A stretch of 64,000 bases of DNA, taken from assembly GCA_965240325.2 (NCBI GenBank), contig OZ251222.1, positions 372,001 through 436,000 of the forward strand, in the 5' to 3' direction. Positions 57,070 through 64,000 of the stretch are shown here, piece by piece (position 1 is the first letter of the stretch; every line of letters starts with the position of its first letter). The notes under the pieces were generated by a model that saw nothing but the letters and a program-made list of their open reading frames with translations, had not been told where the DNA came from and did no database searches. This DNA comes from Rebecca billardiae RCC1528. Its lineage: Eukaryota; Protista; Haptophyta. A program made the position numbers and the translations under genes.

Positions 57070-57075
57070 ATATAT

Positions 57076-59135
<2,060 letters not shown>

Positions 59136-59154
59136 ATATATATATATATATATA

Positions 59155-59268
59155 TTAACGACGTGGTATGTATCATATATATATTTTAACGACGTGGTAT
59201 GTATCATATATATATATATGTGTGTATCCATACCACGTCGTTAATATATATATTAACGACGTGGTATG
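59155..59268. repeat. Four 16-nt copies of the retroelement tail (CATACCACGTCGTTAA) in TA repeats, both orientations
   Basis: 59155-59170 (-), 59186-59201 (-), 59229-59244 (+), 59253-59268 (-). Confidence 0.92.
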
Positions 59269-59492
59269 GATGATACACACATATATATATATATACTGCT
59301 ACCGATTTTACCGCTCCAAACAGGAGGTAAACTTGAACTTCCACTCAGATAAATTAACACACCACGCCCAAGAGCTGAGTGAATCAGAGCGATCACAAAG
59401 TCTACATTATTGCACCCGCCACGGTACAATAGATATCGTGCGCCCCCCGCCCGCGCTCCCCCCGCAGTTCTTCAGGCGGCGCCTTCATCACG

Positions 59493-61955
59493 ATGCTCGT
59501 TGGCGAGGCGGACGAGGCTCAGGCTGGATGGCTGACGGTTCGCGATCACCTCGACGCGGCGCGCCGCTCTGCGAGGAAGCGCCGCCTTCTTCTCACCGGG
59601 CCGCCACTCGTGCTTGGCCTCACTTTGGTCGTAGTCGGCATTCTTCTCCTGTGGGCCTCGTCACAGGCCGTCGCGAGCGCAGGATGGGTTGCGGGCACGT
59701 CGATGATTGCAGTCGGGGACCCGCTCGTGCTCTTAGGGCTGCTCCCTTCTGACAGCCGCGCCATCAAGTTCACCGGCATCGTCATCACCCTCGTCACTCT
59801 CGCGCTGGCGCTCTTTGCTTTGACCTTCACGCTTGGGTTCGTGGCCGAGGGATTCCGTGTGCCCGCCTGCAGCGTACTCGACGTGATCTACTCAGACTTT
59901 GCACAGTGGCAGGCGCTTGTAGTCGCATGGGGCCTCGCGGGCGCGTACAGCGCGCACGGCGTTGTGCAGGCGATCCGAGGCCGTCTCTGGCCGAGCGCGC
60001 TGATGCTCCGCCTCCACCACACGCTAGCCTTCGGTTACCTCGCCTTCGGGCTCGTGCTCGTGGCGGGAACCGTGCAAGTCGGCATACGCTCGCCGCCGGT
60101 GTTCCGCACGACGCATTTCGTCGGAAACGTGGTCATGTGCGTGCTTGTCAGCACGATCGGCGCGCTCGAGCTCACGAACGACGTGCGCGCACGCATCCAC
60201 GGCTGGCTGGCCGCGCGCGGCGAGCTGATGTCATCTGCGGTGGGCATCGCAGCCATTCTGCACAGCTCAAGTCTCGACGAGGTGCTGCGGAGCGCGGCGT
60301 CGCGCATGCGCGGCGTACGCGTGGAGAAGCTCACGACGTCCGAAGTCTTCATCTCCACGGATGACCATGCGCGGTACGCACTCACGACGCCCGCGCGCTT
60401 CGCCGAGGTCGACGCGTTCATCTCGCACTCGCACCACGACGACCCTCACACCAGGTGGGCGGCGCTGCAGGCGTGGCGGCATCACTTTGTGCGCACCGTC
60501 GGCCGCGAGCCGACGGTCTGGCTCGACACGTGCTGTATCGGCGTGGCGGACGCGGGGACAGACGTGGGCAATCTGCCCTGCTACATCGCCGGTTGCAACG
60601 AGTTTGTCATCCTCGCAGGCCCATCATTTGCCGGACGGCTGTAGACGACGGTCGAGGTCTTCTGCCGCGCGCGCATGGGCGCGGCCGCGGACACGATCAC
60701 GCTTTACGAGCTTCCCGGTTACAACTCCGAGGCGACGGTCGCGGCGTACGACGTGCGTGAGTGTGCCTGCTCGCGCCACGAGGACTACTTCCGCCTGCTC
60801 GCATGCATCGAGTCTGCGAGCGACGGAGGCCTGGACGCATTCAACGTGGAGATGCGCACGCTGCTCGCCAGCGTGCCCAAGCGCCAGGTGCCGCCGCTCA
60901 CTGAGGCCGAGCTCGAGGTCCTCGCACGGCCGCCCGACATTGAAGCCCCGTCGCGTGGGCCGCACCGTACCATAGGGCTCGTGAGCGGCGGCGACTGGTC
61001 TCTCGGGGCGCGGGCGGGCCCGACGCTCAACCGGCCGGGCCAAGCTGATCCTGCCCCTGCCTCGCCAACGGCAGTGGCCCCTGCCTCGCCAACGGCAGTG
61101 ACGGTGCCGCCCGTCGACGAGCACGCGCGTGAGGTCGGCCCTCGGGCCACCAGTACCACGCCCGATCAGACGGGCACCGAGGAAGCCTCCATGCTGCCGC
61201 TGCACACGCGGATCAGTGGCTTGCTGCTCCACGGCCTGCTCCGTGCGACACGGCGCGTGCCACAGCAGACGCCACAGCGGACGCGGGCGAGCACGGTCGA
61301 GCCCGGCCCGATCAGCCTGGCTCGTGCCCGGCCGCACTCGAGGGGCTTTGCGCGTGCGGTGATCGCCTTTGGAGTGGTGTATCTTGTGGTGATCGTGAGC
61401 GTGATTGCATGGGCGGCTGCTCCCGGCGAGGCCGACTGCCGCGCATGCGAGCGGCTGTTGAAGGAGCAGCTGCCGGCCGGCGGCGTTCCCGCCGGCGAGT
61501 GGTTTGCCCCCGCCTTCGCCAATGCCTCGTCTGAGTACCTCTTCTCGGGGCTGGGCAGCTCGCCGCGCCAAGGCCTCAGCTCGTGGGGCGGCGCGCTCGC
61601 AGCGTGCCGGGCCGATGGCGGCGCCCTCGTCGCCATCGGCAGCGGCGCCGAGGATCGCTTCACGTACTGCATGCAGCGCAACGCGGCGATGGGCACGTGG
61701 ATTGGCTACTCGCAGCGCGCTGGTGGGGCCTGGGCGTGGGCGGGCGGCGCGCCGGTCGGTGGCGGTGGCGGAGGATGGACGGAGTATCGCAATTGGGCGA
61801 AGGGCGAGCCTGTGGCGGACGGCGCCTGTGCATTTACCGGTGGGAGGATCGGGCATGGCTGGTCGGCTGTGGCTTGCAACGCGCCTCAGTCGACGTCCAC
61901 AACGTTGCATGCCTACATTTGCGAGCGTGCTGCCCGTGGCGGTCGCGGACACTGA
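59493..61955 (+). pseudogene. Multi-TM + TIR-like + TM + C-type lectin receptor-like gene with one in-frame TAG (60642-60644)
   Basis: TIR-like: DAFISHS..WLDTCCI..LPCYIAGC..ILAGP..RL*TTVE. C-type lectin: W..A..AC...GG.LV.I..WIG..W.W..YRNWAKGEP..C..W..C..YICE. Both ORFs are in the same frame. Confidence 0.8.
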
Positions 61956-62565
61956 TGAGAAGCATGCACGCGCACTGCATGGTAATATCAATCTGCTCAT
62001 CGACGAGGCGCGCGAGCAGTTCCGGTTATTTTCTTCGGGATCATACATCGTCGTCGTCAGTCTCTCTCTCTCGCTGCGACTCAGTGACTCAGTGACTCAG
62101 ACTCTCGCTCTCGCTTATCGTCCGATTGCCCTGCTTAGTGCTTGCGCCGTCGCGCGGGCTCCCTCGACGAGCTCGCGGCGCAATATATAAGGCGCTGCGC
62201 TGCTGATGATGCCGCCTGCATGATGCCTGATGATTATACATCATCAGCGTGATATGTCTCAGTTATCGACGATCGCGGCGGATGATCGGCGCGAGCGAAT
62301 AATTGCGGCCTGCACGCAGCACTGACACTGCTCAGTGTCATGCTGAGTGACTACGTCTACGGCGTGACGCAGCGAAGCAGAGCTGGAATTTCTCGCGCGG
62401 GCCGCACGCAAGGCGTCAACATCGCGTCCATCGCCAAGCCCACCGGCGACGTCACCAAGCCCACCGGCGACGTCACGTGGTGGGCCAAGCGGCAAGCCCA
62501 CCGCGGACAACCACACTCACCTCCTGCGCCGCCAACCAGCCCCACGCCGAGCCCGATCTTCGATC

Positions 62566-62945
62566 TCAGCTGTTCCGAGGACCGAGGAAGCTGTCCAGGT
62601 GCAGCAGGCACTGCTCGTACAAGATGACGAGCCACGCGCACGAGTCTGCCAAGAAGGCGCGCACGGCGTCGGCTGGCGTGGCACTGGCAACTTTGCGGGC
62701 CACAAGCACGCGCTGACCGGGCACCCAGCGGCACAGCTCGTGGGACCACTTGGCCAGCACGGCTGCCGGTACGATGATTAGCACGCGCTCATGTGGCCGC
62801 TCGGCCAAAACGATCGCCTTCGCGCTCTTCCCGAAGCCCATTTCGTCGGCCAGCACCTGGCCGTCGTACTTGTCCAGGCGCTCTAGCACCATGCGCGCGC
62901 CTTCCCGCTGCTCGGGGCTGAGCTGGAGGCCCTCGACCCCATGCC
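62566..62945 (-). pseudogene. SNF2-family helicase N-terminal fragment
   Basis: L.PEQREG..VLADEMGFGKS (motif I) and LIIVPAAVLAKW..EL.RW (motif Ia); stops before any DExH. Confidence 0.7.
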
Positions 62946-63406
62946 CGAGCTCATCGTCTGCTGCGCGCGCTTGACAGGAGGGCAGCGTGCGCGTAAACAA
63001 AGCGAAGCAGGCAAAGGACGGGGTTGAATGGATACCAACCACCCACACGTGAGCGCGCGAGCGTCATCCACGACGCCTCTCCGCACCACGGCGGCAACGC
63101 ACACGCGCAGCACTGGAAGAAGCCGAGCACGATTCGAACTAGTGTCAGAAGATGCAGGAGCCGTCAGACGCGCGCGCCCGAGCGTGTCTCCCCCGGCGAC
63201 GCCATCGATCTGCCGGCTCACTTGCCTCGACGTGGCCACGCGCGCCGTACACGCCGCCGCCAGCTCGCGCCCGAGCGCGCTGCGCGGCACGCTCTCGACG
63301 GCCACGACCGCCGGCCGGGCCAGTGCAAACTGCAAGTGCCAGTAACACGCGCGATACCGTGATGGCGGAGGCACGCCGAGCCCAACGGCCCAAGACTGGC
63401 TGAGAG

Positions 63407-64000
63407 ATGGGGGCCCTTGCGCGGCTGCTGGCCGTGGGCCTCGCGGTGCCCCCCGCGAGGGCGGAGCGCGCGCGAGCGTGTGGCCCGTCCATGCGCTGCG
63501 TCGTCCCGAACCCTCGCACGCCGGCCGAATGCCTCGCGCGGAACGGCCAGGGTGATGGGTACCTGTACGTGCCGGCGGCCAAGGCGGTGGCCGGCGCGTG
63601 CGCGACGCTGCAGCACTGCACGTGCTTCAAGTGCATCCCGACGGACGCACCCGGCGTCCCCCACCGGCATCGGGCCGCACCGGCGCTCAAGTCCTGGCGT
63701 GAGCCGTGCGGTGCGCGAGGCGAGGCGATGGCCATCCACGAGGCGACAGGGGACTTTGCCTCGCCGCACGCGGCGCGCACGTGCGTCCAGGCGTTCTCGC
63801 GCGCGGCGGCGGCGAACGCGCGGGCGTTCGAGAGGCGCGTCAGTCTGCCGAGCGTCCTCGCCAGCGCGCGCTGCCAGCTCTGCCTCACCACGCTGCTCGG
63901 CGGCGCGCTCTGGTGGTACCTGGAGGCACACGGCGTGTTCATCCGAGCGCTGCAGCGCGTCGAGCCCAAGTTCGACGCGCCCGTCGTGGTGGTGGACGCG
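63407..64000 (+). CDS. Hypothetical secreted Cys-rich protein, runs off the window end
   Basis: Frame from MGALARLLAVGLAVPPARA stays open for 198 codons to the edge. Confidence 0.6.
   Translation, partial: MGALARLLAVGLAVPPARAERARACGPSMRCVVPNPRTPAECLARNGQGDGYLYVPAAKAVAGACATLQHCTCFKCIPTDAPGVPHRHRAAPALKSWREPCGARGEAMAIHEATGDFASPHAARTCVQAFSRAAAANARAFERRVSLPSVLASARCQLCLTTLLGGALWWYLEAHGVFIRALQRVEPKFDAPVVVVDA

Noticed and set aside
59155-59268. Short repeats with spacers, superficially CRISPR-like
   Set aside because: Mixed orientation, TA-repeat spacers, no cas genes; the repeat is a retroelement tail.

Overview
Eukaryotic, very GC-rich genomic DNA with short GT(GCGC)...(GC)AG introns. The style fits a haptophyte alga such as a Pavlovales/Diacronema-like genome (inference). 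About 22 protein-coding loci sit in compact islands, often as head-to-head pairs, separated by repeat-rich spacers. They include GT90, GT8, GT61, a degenerate GT4/GT2 protein, a sulfotransferase, a bacterial-type homodimeric PDH E1, AFG1, ketopantoate reductase, a VC1184-type cysteine desulfurase-like protein, a hybrid histidine kinase, UFSP2, ERH, an AlkB-like oxygenase and 6PGD. The main oddities are: (1) a multi-TM / TIR-like / TM / C-type-lectin receptor-like gene interrupted by one in-frame TAG; (2) a (TA)n-targeting CRE-like retrotransposon system with a non-autonomous partner sharing its 3' tail, 16-29 nt tail-only copies and a possible ~140 bp target-site duplication; (3) a MIT / CbbX-like AAA+ / 2xSAM protein and a TPR-TMEM33 fusion; (4) a GACnnGTTGCA-ended DNA transposon family (4-bp TSD, covarying hairpin), a 442-bp-arm foldback element and a 1.9-kb head-to-tail element joined by TTATT. 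No rRNA, tRNA or CRISPR array was recognised. All family calls come from motifs recognised by eye, without database searches.
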